From positions 128,001 to 192,000 of the forward strand of contig CAWETU010000001.1 of NCBI GenBank assembly GCA_963812135.1: a stretch of DNA of 64,000 bases, read 5' to 3'. A program made the position numbers and the translations under genes. Each line of letters begins with the position of its first letter. Position 1 is the first letter of the stretch. Below the pieces are notes generated by a model. The model searched no databases and had not been told where the DNA came from. It was given only the letters and a program-made list of their open reading frames with translations. Positions 52,521 through 61,309 of this stretch are shown here, in pieces. This DNA is from Vulcanimicrobiota bacterium. GTDB taxonomy: Bacteria > Vulcanimicrobiota > Vulcanimicrobiia > Eremiobacterales > Eremiobacteraceae.

Positions 52521-53297
52521 TTAACGTTCGACGCCGGCGCGCGCCGAATCTTCTCGGCGCAACAATCCCGACACCTCGGCCATGCGATTTTCGCACGGAT
52601 GCCCGCTATTATAGAAGAAGCGAGCGCCGCCGGCATGGTCCAGCAAGATGACCGCGCTCGACCGGGTGCCATAGCGTTCGTCCGGCCGGTGCACGCACAG
52701 GCCGCCGTCGTTGCCCCGGTCTCCCGGTGCGTGATCCGAAAGCAGCAGATGGAGGCGCTCGACGAGCGCGAGGTCGTCGAGCTGTGCGATCTCGGTCGCG
52801 GCAGCGAGGGCCAATGCGCGCCGCGCCTTCGGATGGCTTTGGTCGTCCAACGACCAGTTCGTCACCGCATGCACCCCGTCCGACAACGGCACGATGCCAA
52901 GTCCGTCGTCGCCCGCTTGCGCGGCGAACCCCGCGTGCGCGTCCATCGCCACCAGCACGAATGGGTTGTACGCGCTTGTGTCTTCCGCGCGCAACGCAGA
53001 CTCGATGTCGTCCAGCGTCGCGCGTTGCACCAGCTCGAGCACAAGTCTGCCGCGTGAGCGCTTGGCTGGGTCGTGGCGTCCGGCGCCGCGCCGGTTGGTG
53101 AGCGCGACGACGATGCCGTGCTCTGAGACCGCAAGCCAGGTGCCGCCCGCCGATTCGTCGCGGCCGCCGACGACGAGCGGATGTTCGCTCAAACGCATCG
53201 GGTCGGACGCGGGCCGGCCTTCGAACTCGTCACGATTGGCGGCGACCACGATCGGGTGATCCGGGTGGCGGTTTTTCCAGACGAGCAGCGTGCACAC
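52521..53297 (-). CDS. NRDE/TANGO2 family protein
   Basis: (M)CTL...AANRDE, GRD..AGGTWL, SRG.LV, YGTRSS. Confidence 0.9.
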   Translation of the reverse strand: MCTLLVWKNRHPDHPIVVAANRDEFEGRPASDPMRLSEHPLVVGGRDESAGGTWLAVSEHGIVVALTNRRGAGRHDPAKRSRGRLVLELVQRATLDDIESALRAEDTSAYNPFVLVAMDAHAGFAAQAGDDGLGIVPLSDGVHAVTNWSLDDQSHPKARRALALAAATEIAQLDDLALVERLHLLLSDHAPGDRGNDGGLCVHRPDERYGTRSSAVILLDHAGGARFFYNSGHPCENRMAEVSGLLRREDSARAGVER

Positions 53298-53388
53298 GCG
53301 GATGGGCTTCGGCCCGCAAGGAGGGACTTTCCCGCTCGCGAACCGGACAAGACTTTCATCACGTCCACGTCTGAAGGAGCGAGCTACG

Positions 53389-54636
53389 ATGCATCGTCCA
53401 TGGGTCATGTTCGCGCTGGCCGCCCTGCTCATCGGCGGCTGCGCGAAGCAGTCGAGTTCGACGTCGCCGTCGACGTCCGCGGGCAATGCGGCAGGCAACG
53501 TCATCAAGATCGGCATCGACCTGCCCATCTCAGGTGCGGACGCGTCAATCGGCGTACCAACGCAGTACGGTGCGCAGTTGGCGATCAAGCAGGCGAACGA
53601 CAAGAACCTCGTCCCCGGCTTCACGTTCGAAGCCGACGTGCTCGACGATGCGGTCAACGGGGTCCATGACCCGGCGCAAGGCGCGAAGAACATCGAGACC
53701 TTCGGCGCCGATCCGGCGGTGCTCGGCGTCATCGGACCGTTCAACAGCTCGGTCGCGCGCGCGGAGATCCCGCTGGCGAACAGCCTGCTGCTGCCGCTCA
53801 TCAGTCCGTCGAACACGAACCCCACGCTCACCAAGGGAGCGGATGCGCTCGCGATGCGCAAAGACCATCCGGACGAGATCACCTATTTCCGCGTGTGCAC
53901 GACCGACGACATCCAGGGTCCGGCCGGTGCGACGTACGAGTACACCAAACTCGGCGCCCGGCGCGCGTACGTCATCGACGACAACGAGACCTACGGCAAG
54001 GGCGTCGCCGACCAGTGGGAAGCCGCCTTCAAGAAGCTGGGCGGCACGATTCTCGGCCACGACCACATCACCAAAGGCCAGCAAGACTTCCACGCGCTGC
54101 TCACGCGGGTCGCGAGCACCCATCCCGACATCGTGTTCTTCGGCGGCAACACATCCACAGGTGGCGGTCTGATCCGCAAGCAGATGCCCGATGCCGGTCT
54201 TGGGGCGACGACCTACGCCGGCGCCGACGGGATCAGCGACGATCAGTTCCTCAAAGATGCGGGCGCGACCGCCGACAATGTCTGGGTCACCGTCGCGTCG
54301 GTCAACGCGACCAAGCTGCCCGCGGCCGCGCAATTCCTCAAGGACTATCAGGCCGAGTACCATCAGCCCGTCGGTCCGTACTCCGCGAACTCGTACGCCG
54401 CCGCGTCGGTCTTGATCAACGCGATCGGCGAAGCGGTCAAGGCCAATGGCGGCAAGGCACCCACGCGCGAGCAAGTGCTCGAGCAGCTGCGCAAGACGAA
54501 GGACTTCCCAAGCGTCGTCGGCACGTTCTCGTTCGACCAGAACGGCGACACGACGAACCGCATCATCTCGTTCTACGAAGCAGTCAAAGACAAGTGGAAC
54601 TTCGTCACGCAGCAGAACTTCACGGGCGCGCCGTAA
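53389..54636 (+). CDS. livK: Branched-chain amino acid ABC transporter substrate-binding lipoprotein
   Basis: GGC lipobox; GVIGPFNS, ISPSNTNP, FRVCTTDDIQG; liv operon context. Confidence 0.88.
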   Translation: MHRPWVMFALAALLIGGCAKQSSSTSPSTSAGNAAGNVIKIGIDLPISGADASIGVPTQYGAQLAIKQANDKNLVPGFTFEADVLDDAVNGVHDPAQGAKNIETFGADPAVLGVIGPFNSSVARAEIPLANSLLLPLISPSNTNPTLTKGADALAMRKDHPDEITYFRVCTTDDIQGPAGATYEYTKLGARRAYVIDDNETYGKGVADQWEAAFKKLGGTILGHDHITKGQQDFHALLTRVASTHPDIVFFGGNTSTGGGLIRKQMPDAGLGATTYAGADGISDDQFLKDAGATADNVWVTVASVNATKLPAAAQFLKDYQAEYHQPVGPYSANSYAAASVLINAIGEAVKANGGKAPTREQVLEQLRKTKDFPSVVGTFSFDQNGDTTNRIISFYEAVKDKWNFVTQQNFTGAP

Positions 54637-54649
54637 GCCGTCTGCCCGC

Positions 54650-55570
54650 GTGGCATATTTCTTCCAGCAGCTGATCAACGGTTTAGCCCAAGGCGGGATG
54701 TACGCGCTCATCGCCTTGGGCTATACCATGGTCTACGGCATCATCGAGCTGATCAATTTCGCGCACGGCGACGTCTTTACGCTCGGCACGTTCTTGTGCA
54801 TCGCGATCCTCGCGCTGATCGGCGTCGCTGAGGGCGGCCATATCATCGGTGGATGGGAAGGCGCCGGCATCTCGCTGCTCGTCATCGTGATGGCGGCCCT
54901 GCTGTGCGGCGTCATCGGCGTGCTCATCGAACGCTTCGCCTACCGCCGGCTGCGCAACGCGCCGCGCCTGGCGCCGCTGATAACCGCCATCGGGGTCTCG
55001 TTCCTGCTGCAGGGCATCATGCGCAACTGGAAGGGGCCCTCCGAAATATCGTTCCCGCAGTTCCTGCCAAACCCGGCGTTCATATATGGCGGCGTGCGCG
55101 TCGACGCGCGCGAACTGCTCGTGGTCGGCGTCAGCATCGTCATGATGATCGCGCTGCAGGTCTTCATCTATAACACCAAGCTCGGCAAGGCGATGCGCGC
55201 GACCGCGCAAGACCGCGACGCGGCGCAGCTCATGGGCATCAACGTCAACTCGACGATCGCGTGGACGTTCTTCATCGGCTCGGCGCTTGCCGGCGTCGCC
55301 GGCTTCATCTCCGGCATGTACTTCGGCTCGGTCGCGTTCACCAACGGCTATCAAGCCGGCCTCAAGGCATTCACCGCCGCAGTGCTCGGCGGCATCGGCA
55401 ACATCGCCGGCGCGATGCTCGGCGGCTTCCTGATCGGCATCGTTGAGGCGTTCACCTCGGGCTATATCTCCGATCAATGGACCAATGTGGTGGTGTTCTC
55501 CATCCTGGTCTTGATCTTGGTCTTCCGGCCAAGCGGCTTGCTGGGCGAACAGTTGCCGGAGAAGGTGTGA
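54650..55570 (+). CDS. livH: BCAA ABC transporter permease
   Basis: QQLINGL..G.MYALIALGYTMVYG, KAFTAAVLGGIG. Confidence 0.95.
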   Translation: MAYFFQQLINGLAQGGMYALIALGYTMVYGIIELINFAHGDVFTLGTFLCIAILALIGVAEGGHIIGGWEGAGISLLVIVMAALLCGVIGVLIERFAYRRLRNAPRLAPLITAIGVSFLLQGIMRNWKGPSEISFPQFLPNPAFIYGGVRVDARELLVVGVSIVMMIALQVFIYNTKLGKAMRATAQDRDAAQLMGINVNSTIAWTFFIGSALAGVAGFISGMYFGSVAFTNGYQAGLKAFTAAVLGGIGNIAGAMLGGFLIGIVEAFTSGYISDQWTNVVVFSILVLILVFRPSGLLGEQLPEKV

Positions 55571-56661
55571 TGGATTTCGTGCGCCGCCGCGTGCGTCTGC
55601 CGCTCGGGTTCGGCGAGGCGACGCTGCTGCAAGCCGTTGGCCTGTTCGCGGTCATCGCGCTGTTCGCGCTGTTCCCGCTGCTCGATCCTAACCAAGGCCA
55701 CGTCTCGGCGGTCGCCGACGCGGGTTACTTCCTCTTATTGGTGTTCGGCTTGAACATCGTCGTCGGTTTCGCGGGCCTGCTCGATCTCGGCTACGCCGCG
55801 TTTTTCGCGATCGGCGCCTACACATACGCGATGGTCGCCTCGACGCAATTCAATCTCCACTTCAACTTCTGGCCGATGCTGATCATGAGCGCATGCGTGG
55901 CTGCACTGTTCGGCGTCATCCTGGGTTTTCCGACGCTGCGCTTGCGCGGCGACTACCTGGCGATCGTCACGCTCGGCTTCGGCGAGATCGTGCCGCAGGT
56001 GTTCCTCAATCTCGACAAGTACACCGGCGGCCCGAACGGCGTCTCAAACGTCGACCAGCCGGTGCTGTTCGGCTACCACTTCGGCTTCCACCCGATCCCG
56101 TATTACTATCTCTACGTCGTCGTGATCCTCATCGCGCTGGTGCTGCTGAACAATCTGAAGCACTCGCGCCTCGGCCGCGCGTGGATGGCGATCCGTGAGG
56201 ACGAGCTCGCCGCGACGCATATGGGCGTCAATCCGGTGACCACCAAGCTGCTCGCCTTTGCGATGGGTGCGTCGTTCGCTGGGCTCGCGGGCTGCATCTA
56301 CGCGGCCAAGCTCACGCTCATCAGTCCCGACGAGTTCAACTTCTCGGTCTCGGTGACGGTCTTGTCGGCGATCGTGCTCGGCGGCATGGGCAGTCTGCTC
56401 GGCGCGTTCATCGGCGGCCTGCTCTTGGCGCTGCTCAACTTCATGGTGCTGCCGCAGGTCACCAACTGGACCCATGCCCTCGGCGCGGCGCTGCACAACG
56501 ACGCGATCCAGAACGCTGACCTGCACTACATCATCTACGGACTGATCCTCGTACTCGTGATGCTCTTCCGGCCCGAGGGCCTGATCTCGAGCGCGTCGCG
56601 GCGCGCCGAGCTGCACCACGCGCAACCGGCCGCGTCCGCCGCGGCGGCGGGTGTCGAATGA
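55570..56661 (+). CDS. livM: BCAA ABC transporter permease
   Basis: GLNIVVGFAGLLDLGY, LRGDYLAIVTLGFGE, AIREDE. Confidence 0.95.
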   Translation: MDFVRRRVRLPLGFGEATLLQAVGLFAVIALFALFPLLDPNQGHVSAVADAGYFLLLVFGLNIVVGFAGLLDLGYAAFFAIGAYTYAMVASTQFNLHFNFWPMLIMSACVAALFGVILGFPTLRLRGDYLAIVTLGFGEIVPQVFLNLDKYTGGPNGVSNVDQPVLFGYHFGFHPIPYYYLYVVVILIALVLLNNLKHSRLGRAWMAIREDELAATHMGVNPVTTKLLAFAMGASFAGLAGCIYAAKLTLISPDEFNFSVSVTVLSAIVLGGMGSLLGAFIGGLLLALLNFMVLPQVTNWTHALGAALHNDAIQNADLHYIIYGLILVLVMLFRPEGLISSASRRAELHHAQPAASAAAAGVE

Positions 56662-57425
56662 GCGCACGTTTGCTTTCCATTGAAAGGCTGACCAAACGCT
56701 TCGGCGGGCTGGTCGCGGTGAAAGATCTGACGCTGCACGTCGACGCCGGCTCGATCGCCAGTCTCATCGGTCCCAACGGCGCCGGCAAGTCGACGGTGTT
56801 CAACGTCATCACCGGTATCTACACCCCAACGGCCGGCTCGATCGTCTTCGATGGCACCTCAATAGTCGGGCTCAAACCGCACCAAGTCGCGGCCGCCGGC
56901 ATCATGCGCACGTTCCAGAACATCCGTCTGTTCGCGTTCATGACGGTGCTCGAGAATGTGATGGTCGGCCAGCAGACGCGCATGCACGCGACGCCACTCG
57001 ACAGCGCGCTGCACACGCCGCGCGCACAGCGCGAGGAAGGCACCGTTGCGGAGCGTGCCATGGAACTGCTCGACTTCGTCGGACTCACGAAATACGCGGG
57101 CGAGTGGGCCCGCAATCTGCCGTACGGCATGCAGCGCCGCCTCGAGATCGCACGCGCGCTGGGGCCGCGGCCGCAGCTGCTTTTGCTGGACGAACCCGCT
57201 GCCGGTGCAAACCCCTCGGAAAAACGCGATCTCATGGAGCTCGTCCGCTCGATCCGCGACCGCGGCGTGACGGTGTTCCTCATCGAACACGACATGAAGC
57301 TCGTCATGGGCATCTCCGATTTCGTCCACGTGCTCGACTATGGTGAGAAAATCAGCGAGGGCCTCCCCGAGCAGGTGCGGCGCGATCCAAGAGTGATCGA
57401 AGCGTATCTCGGCAAGGGCGCATGA
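56658..57425 (+). CDS. livG: BCAA ABC transporter ATP-binding protein
   Basis: FGGLVAV, GPNGAGKS, RTFQNIRLF, LPYG, EHDM. Confidence 0.95.
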   Translation: MSARLLSIERLTKRFGGLVAVKDLTLHVDAGSIASLIGPNGAGKSTVFNVITGIYTPTAGSIVFDGTSIVGLKPHQVAAAGIMRTFQNIRLFAFMTVLENVMVGQQTRMHATPLDSALHTPRAQREEGTVAERAMELLDFVGLTKYAGEWARNLPYGMQRRLEIARALGPRPQLLLLDEPAAGANPSEKRDLMELVRSIRDRGVTVFLIEHDMKLVMGISDFVHVLDYGEKISEGLPEQVRRDPRVIEAYLGKGA

Positions 57426-58138
57426 GCTCCGTCCTCGCGCTGGACGGCATTGAGACGTTCTATGGGCGCATCCAAGCGTTGCGCGGGGTCAGCCTGGAGG
57501 TGCGCGCCGGCGAAATCGTCGCGCTCATCGGCGGCAACGGCGCGGGGAAGACCACGACGCTGCGCACGATCTCTGGGCTCGTGCGGCCAGCCCGTGGGCA
57601 CGTGCGCTTGGGCGAGCGCGATATCACGACGACGATCCCTGACGAGATCGTGCGCTTGGGCGTCGTCCAAGTGCCGGAAGGCCGGCGCATCTTTCCGCGC
57701 ATGACCGTGTTGGAGAACTTGCAGCTCGGCGCATACGCGCGCTCCGACCAAGCTGATATCAGAACCGATATGGAAGAGGTGTACGCACTTTTTCCGCGCT
57801 TGGCGGAGCGCCAGGCGCAAAAGGGGGGCACGCTTTCAGGCGGCGAGCAGCAGATGCTCGCGATCGGCCGCGCGATGATGGCTCGCCCGAAAATCCTGTT
57901 GCTCGACGAACCCTCGCTCGGGCTGTCGCCGATCTTGGTCGAGACGATCTTCACGGTGATCGCCGACATCAACAAACGCGGCGTGCCTATTCTGCTGATC
58001 GAGCAGAACGCGCGCAAGGCGCTGCAGATCGCGAACCGCGGCTACGTGCTCGAGACAGGCTCGATCGTCAAAGAAGGCCCCGCGAGTGCGCTGCTCGCGG
58101 ACGACGACGTGCGCAAGGCGTATCTAGGCGAAGACTGA
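57422..58138 (+). CDS. livF: BCAA ABC transporter ATP-binding protein
   Basis: GNGAGKTT, VPEGRRIF, LSGGEQQM, DEPSLGL. Confidence 0.96.
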   Translation: MSSVLALDGIETFYGRIQALRGVSLEVRAGEIVALIGGNGAGKTTTLRTISGLVRPARGHVRLGERDITTTIPDEIVRLGVVQVPEGRRIFPRMTVLENLQLGAYARSDQADIRTDMEEVYALFPRLAERQAQKGGTLSGGEQQMLAIGRAMMARPKILLLDEPSLGLSPILVETIFTVIADINKRGVPILLIEQNARKALQIANRGYVLETGSIVKEGPASALLADDDVRKAYLGED

Positions 58139-58157
58139 TCCCAACGTGCGTTGAGAA

Positions 58158-59534
58158 CTACGGGGTCACAGGATCCACGCGCAGTTCGAGCCCCGTCGTC
58201 GGCGCGCCGTTCTCGAATAGCGGGAAGCGCGTCATGTTCAGAAACAATAGCGCGTTGCCGGTCGAGATCCGCGCGTTCAACGCGTAGTGGTGCTTCGGAT
58301 CGATCTTCGTGGGGTCGTACCCGAGGCTGAATGCGATCGGCACCTGATGGGTGACCGGGATGTCAACGGCCGAGATCACGACCGCCGGAGCATCCTCAAG
58401 AGTGACATCGTCGATTTCGACGTGCATGACCGCGGTCGCCGGAAGAGCCACACGCTGAACGTACGTCACGACGCCGCTGACCTGCGCTTGTGCCACAGCG
58501 ACGGGCGATGGTGACGGCGACGCCGCAGGCGGCGGCGAGAGCTTGATGACGTAGTCGTCTTGATCGCCGCCATAGGCGATCCACACGCTGTGCGTCTTCG
58601 AATCGAGCGCCAACGTACGAGCGCCCCGAGGAATGGTGACATCGCCGATGCGATCGAAGGCGTCGCCGGTGTCGCCGACGACTGTGAGCAGGCCGGTACC
58701 GGTCGCGCAGTAGACTTTGTTCGCCACCGGATCGTAGACGATCTGGTCGACGCGCGGCGGGATGTCGATCGTCTGCGTGACCTGGCCGGTGCCCAGATCC
58801 ATCACAACGAGCTTGCCGTTGGTCCCTGCGCTGAACAGGCGCCTACCTTTGCCATCAACGGCGATCCCGCGTGGATCCGTCGCGGGCGCTATCGGCCACG
58901 TCGCGGTCACGGTATTGGTGTTCGGGTCGATCACGACCACCGAACTGACCGAGCTGATGTTCTGATAGATCTTGTCGGTTACGGGATCGTACACCATAGA
59001 CTGTGGGCCCTTGGGTACCTGGACCGGGAATTGCATCAGTCGATCGTACTTGCCCACAACGACCCAGTCCTCGGCGCCGTCCGCATGCGCCGCGAACAAT
59101 CTATTGTTCTTCGAGTCGAAGGCCACCGCGCCGACCGGGCCGTTCGTGTAGATGCGCTGGTTCTCGACGAGCCAACGGCGGTTAAGCTGCGAGATGTAGC
59201 CCTCGTCCGTACCGACGAATATCTTGCCGTCGTAGACGTCGACGGCGACGCCGCGGCCCGGGCCGACCGTGACGCGCCGCTCGACTTCGCCGCTGTCGAG
59301 GTTGACGACGAGCAGCTCGTTGCTGCTCGTGTGGGCAGCGATCAACCGCCGGTATTTGTCGTCGATCGTAAGTGAGTCAAAGCGCCCGACGGCGCGCGGC
59401 ACGGGGATCGGCGTTCCCACCGTCATGAGCTGGCGGGGGACGTCGGCCGCGTGACCGGAGCGCGTGTCCGAAAGCGCGGCGAGAGCGACGAGCGACAGTG
59501 CGAGTGCGCCCACCAAAATTCGAGACGTTGTCAT
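58158..59534 (-). CDS. Secreted YncE-like beta-propeller fused to a YbaY/YscW-like domain
   Basis: Signal peptide; propeller repeats; C-terminal VSGVVTYVQRVALP...QVPIAFSLGYDP..I...H.YAL.ARI. Confidence 0.8.
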   Translation of the reverse strand: MTTSRILVGALALSLVALAALSDTRSGHAADVPRQLMTVGTPIPVPRAVGRFDSLTIDDKYRRLIAAHTSSNELLVVNLDSGEVERRVTVGPGRGVAVDVYDGKIFVGTDEGYISQLNRRWLVENQRIYTNGPVGAVAFDSKNNRLFAAHADGAEDWVVVGKYDRLMQFPVQVPKGPQSMVYDPVTDKIYQNISSVSSVVVIDPNTNTVTATWPIAPATDPRGIAVDGKGRRLFSAGTNGKLVVMDLGTGQVTQTIDIPPRVDQIVYDPVANKVYCATGTGLLTVVGDTGDAFDRIGDVTIPRGARTLALDSKTHSVWIAYGGDQDDYVIKLSPPPAASPSPSPVAVAQAQVSGVVTYVQRVALPATAVMHVEIDDVTLEDAPAVVISAVDIPVTHQVPIAFSLGYDPTKIDPKHHYALNARISTGNALLFLNMTRFPLFENGAPTTGLELRVDPVTP

Positions 59535-59548
59535 GTTCGTTTGCCTCT

Positions 59549-60193
59549 TTAGGCGACCTTGGCGCCGACGCCCACGCCATCGCCGAGCGGTAGAATAGTA
59601 GCATTCAATGCCGGATGCTGTAAAAACTGTTCGTTGAAAGAGCGGATCGCCGTCGTGGTCGCTTCGTCGTCCGGCCGCGGCGGCGCGGCCGAGCGATGGT
59701 GCCACAACAAGTTGTCGACGATGATCAGCCCGGAACGCTTGACCAGCGGTATCGCCAGCTTGAGATAGGCCGCGTACTCCTCTTTGAGCGCGTCCAACAA
59801 CACGATGTCATAGATGTTTTTCGGCAGCTTGCGCATCACGTCGAGCGCCGGCTGATTCATGATCTCGATCCGATCGGCGACGCCCGCACGCTCGAAGAAA
59901 CTGCGCGCGATATCCGTGCGCGCGCTGTCCGGATCGATCGTCCAGATGCGACCAGTCTCCGGTTGCGCGCGCGCCATCCAGAGCGTGGAGCAGCCGTACG
60001 CGGTGCCGACCTCCAGGATGTTGCCGGCCAGCATGGAGCTCACCATCACCGAGAGGAACCGTCCGACCTCTCGCGAGACGATCGGGATGTTCTCGCGCTC
60101 TCCGCGCGCCTCGAGCTCGAGCATCAACGCATCGGGCTCACCTTGCACGCGGCGCAGGTATTCGAAATCGGGGCCGAGCGCGTGATCCAACAT
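59549..60193 (-). CDS. Class I O-methyltransferase (Methyltransf_3)
   Basis: ILEVGTAYGCS, DALKEEY, IVDNLLW, PLGDG. Confidence 0.9.
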   Translation of the reverse strand: MLDHALGPDFEYLRRVQGEPDALMLELEARGERENIPIVSREVGRFLSVMVSSMLAGNILEVGTAYGCSTLWMARAQPETGRIWTIDPDSARTDIARSFFERAGVADRIEIMNQPALDVMRKLPKNIYDIVLLDALKEEYAAYLKLAIPLVKRSGLIIVDNLLWHHRSAAPPRPDDEATTTAIRSFNEQFLQHPALNATILPLGDGVGVGAKVA

Positions 60194-61272
60194 CAGGCGC
60201 GCTTCCGCGAAACGCCGAGGCGCACCGCTTTTCCGGAACTCGCCGAGCGGCGCGCGGCGTCGAGCACTTCTTGCACTTTCAATCCATCCTCAAAAGTCGG
60301 AACCGTCGATGGTTTTCCGGCGAGGTGATCGAGCATCTCGCTCACCAACGTGTAGAACGGACCGATCAGGCGGTGGCCAGCGGAGCCCAAACGGCGCGGG
60401 AAACGCGCGGGCGCGGTGACCGGCACCGGATCGCGGCCGGCGCGCAAACCGAAGATCTCGGCATCATCGCGGATCAACAACGCGCCCTTGGAACCGGTGA
60501 TGAAGATCGAGCTGTGCTGGGCGTTGGCGGTCGCGGTGAGGTCGATGGATGCGATCGCCCCGCTCGCTGTCTCCAGCACGACGGCGAAATTGTCGTCGGC
60601 GTCGACGGTCCCCATCGCGCCGTCAGGCCGCGCGCGTTTCTTGATTCGCGTCTGCAGCGTCGCTTTCACTTCGCGCACGTCGCCGGCAAGCCAGCGGCAG
60701 TAGTCGATGTAGTGCGAACCGAGCGCGCCGAGCACGCCGCCGCCATCCGCGCGGCGCGATTGCCATCCGTACCGCAACGTGCTCGACGGGTGCATCCACG
60801 GCGTCGCTTCGTTGATCATGATGCGTTCGACGTCCCCGAGCCAGCCATCGTCCACGAGCGTTTTCGCGCGCAGACGTGCGGGGATATATCGGAACTCGTG
60901 GTCCAACAGACCCACTCGTTTGGCGCGCTTGGCCGCGACAACCATACCGCGCGCTTGCGCGGCCGAGAGTGCGAAGGGCTTCTCGCACAGCACGTGCTTG
61001 CCGGCGCGCAGCGCGGCGAGCGCGATCGGGGCATGCAGGTTGGGCGGCGTGACGATGCTGACCAGATCGACATCGCGCCGCGCGACGCATTTGCGATAAT
61101 CGTCCGTAAAGAACGGTATCTCGAACTGGCTGGCTGCGGCTTTGGCGCGTTCGATCGATCCGGAGCAAACGGCGACCACGTCGGTCTGCGGATGCTCGCC
61201 GAACACCGGCAGCTGCACGCGCGCGCCGAACCCCATGCCCACCACCGCGACGCGGAGCGTTCCTGTTGCCAC
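60193..61272 (-). CDS. Gfo/Idh/MocA oxidoreductase
   Basis: VGMGFG, GKHVLCEKP, GGGVL...GSH. Confidence 0.92.
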   Translation of the reverse strand: MATGTLRVAVVGMGFGARVQLPVFGEHPQTDVVAVCSGSIERAKAAASQFEIPFFTDDYRKCVARRDVDLVSIVTPPNLHAPIALAALRAGKHVLCEKPFALSAAQARGMVVAAKRAKRVGLLDHEFRYIPARLRAKTLVDDGWLGDVERIMINEATPWMHPSSTLRYGWQSRRADGGGVLGALGSHYIDYCRWLAGDVREVKATLQTRIKKRARPDGAMGTVDADDNFAVVLETASGAIASIDLTATANAQHSSIFITGSKGALLIRDDAEIFGLRAGRDPVPVTAPARFPRRLGSAGHRLIGPFYTLVSEMLDHLAGKPSTVPTFEDGLKVQEVLDAARRSASSGKAVRLGVSRKRA

Positions 61273-61285
61273 GTGGCCTTTCTTT

Positions 61286-61309
61286 CGGCCGAATAGAGTC
61301 GGCCGCTAC
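61286..61309 (-). repeat. GTAG-type REP-like palindrome, copy 3 (variant)
   Basis: GTAGCGGCCGACTCTATTCGGCCG on the minus strand; 20/24 identical to copy 2. Confidence 0.65.
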
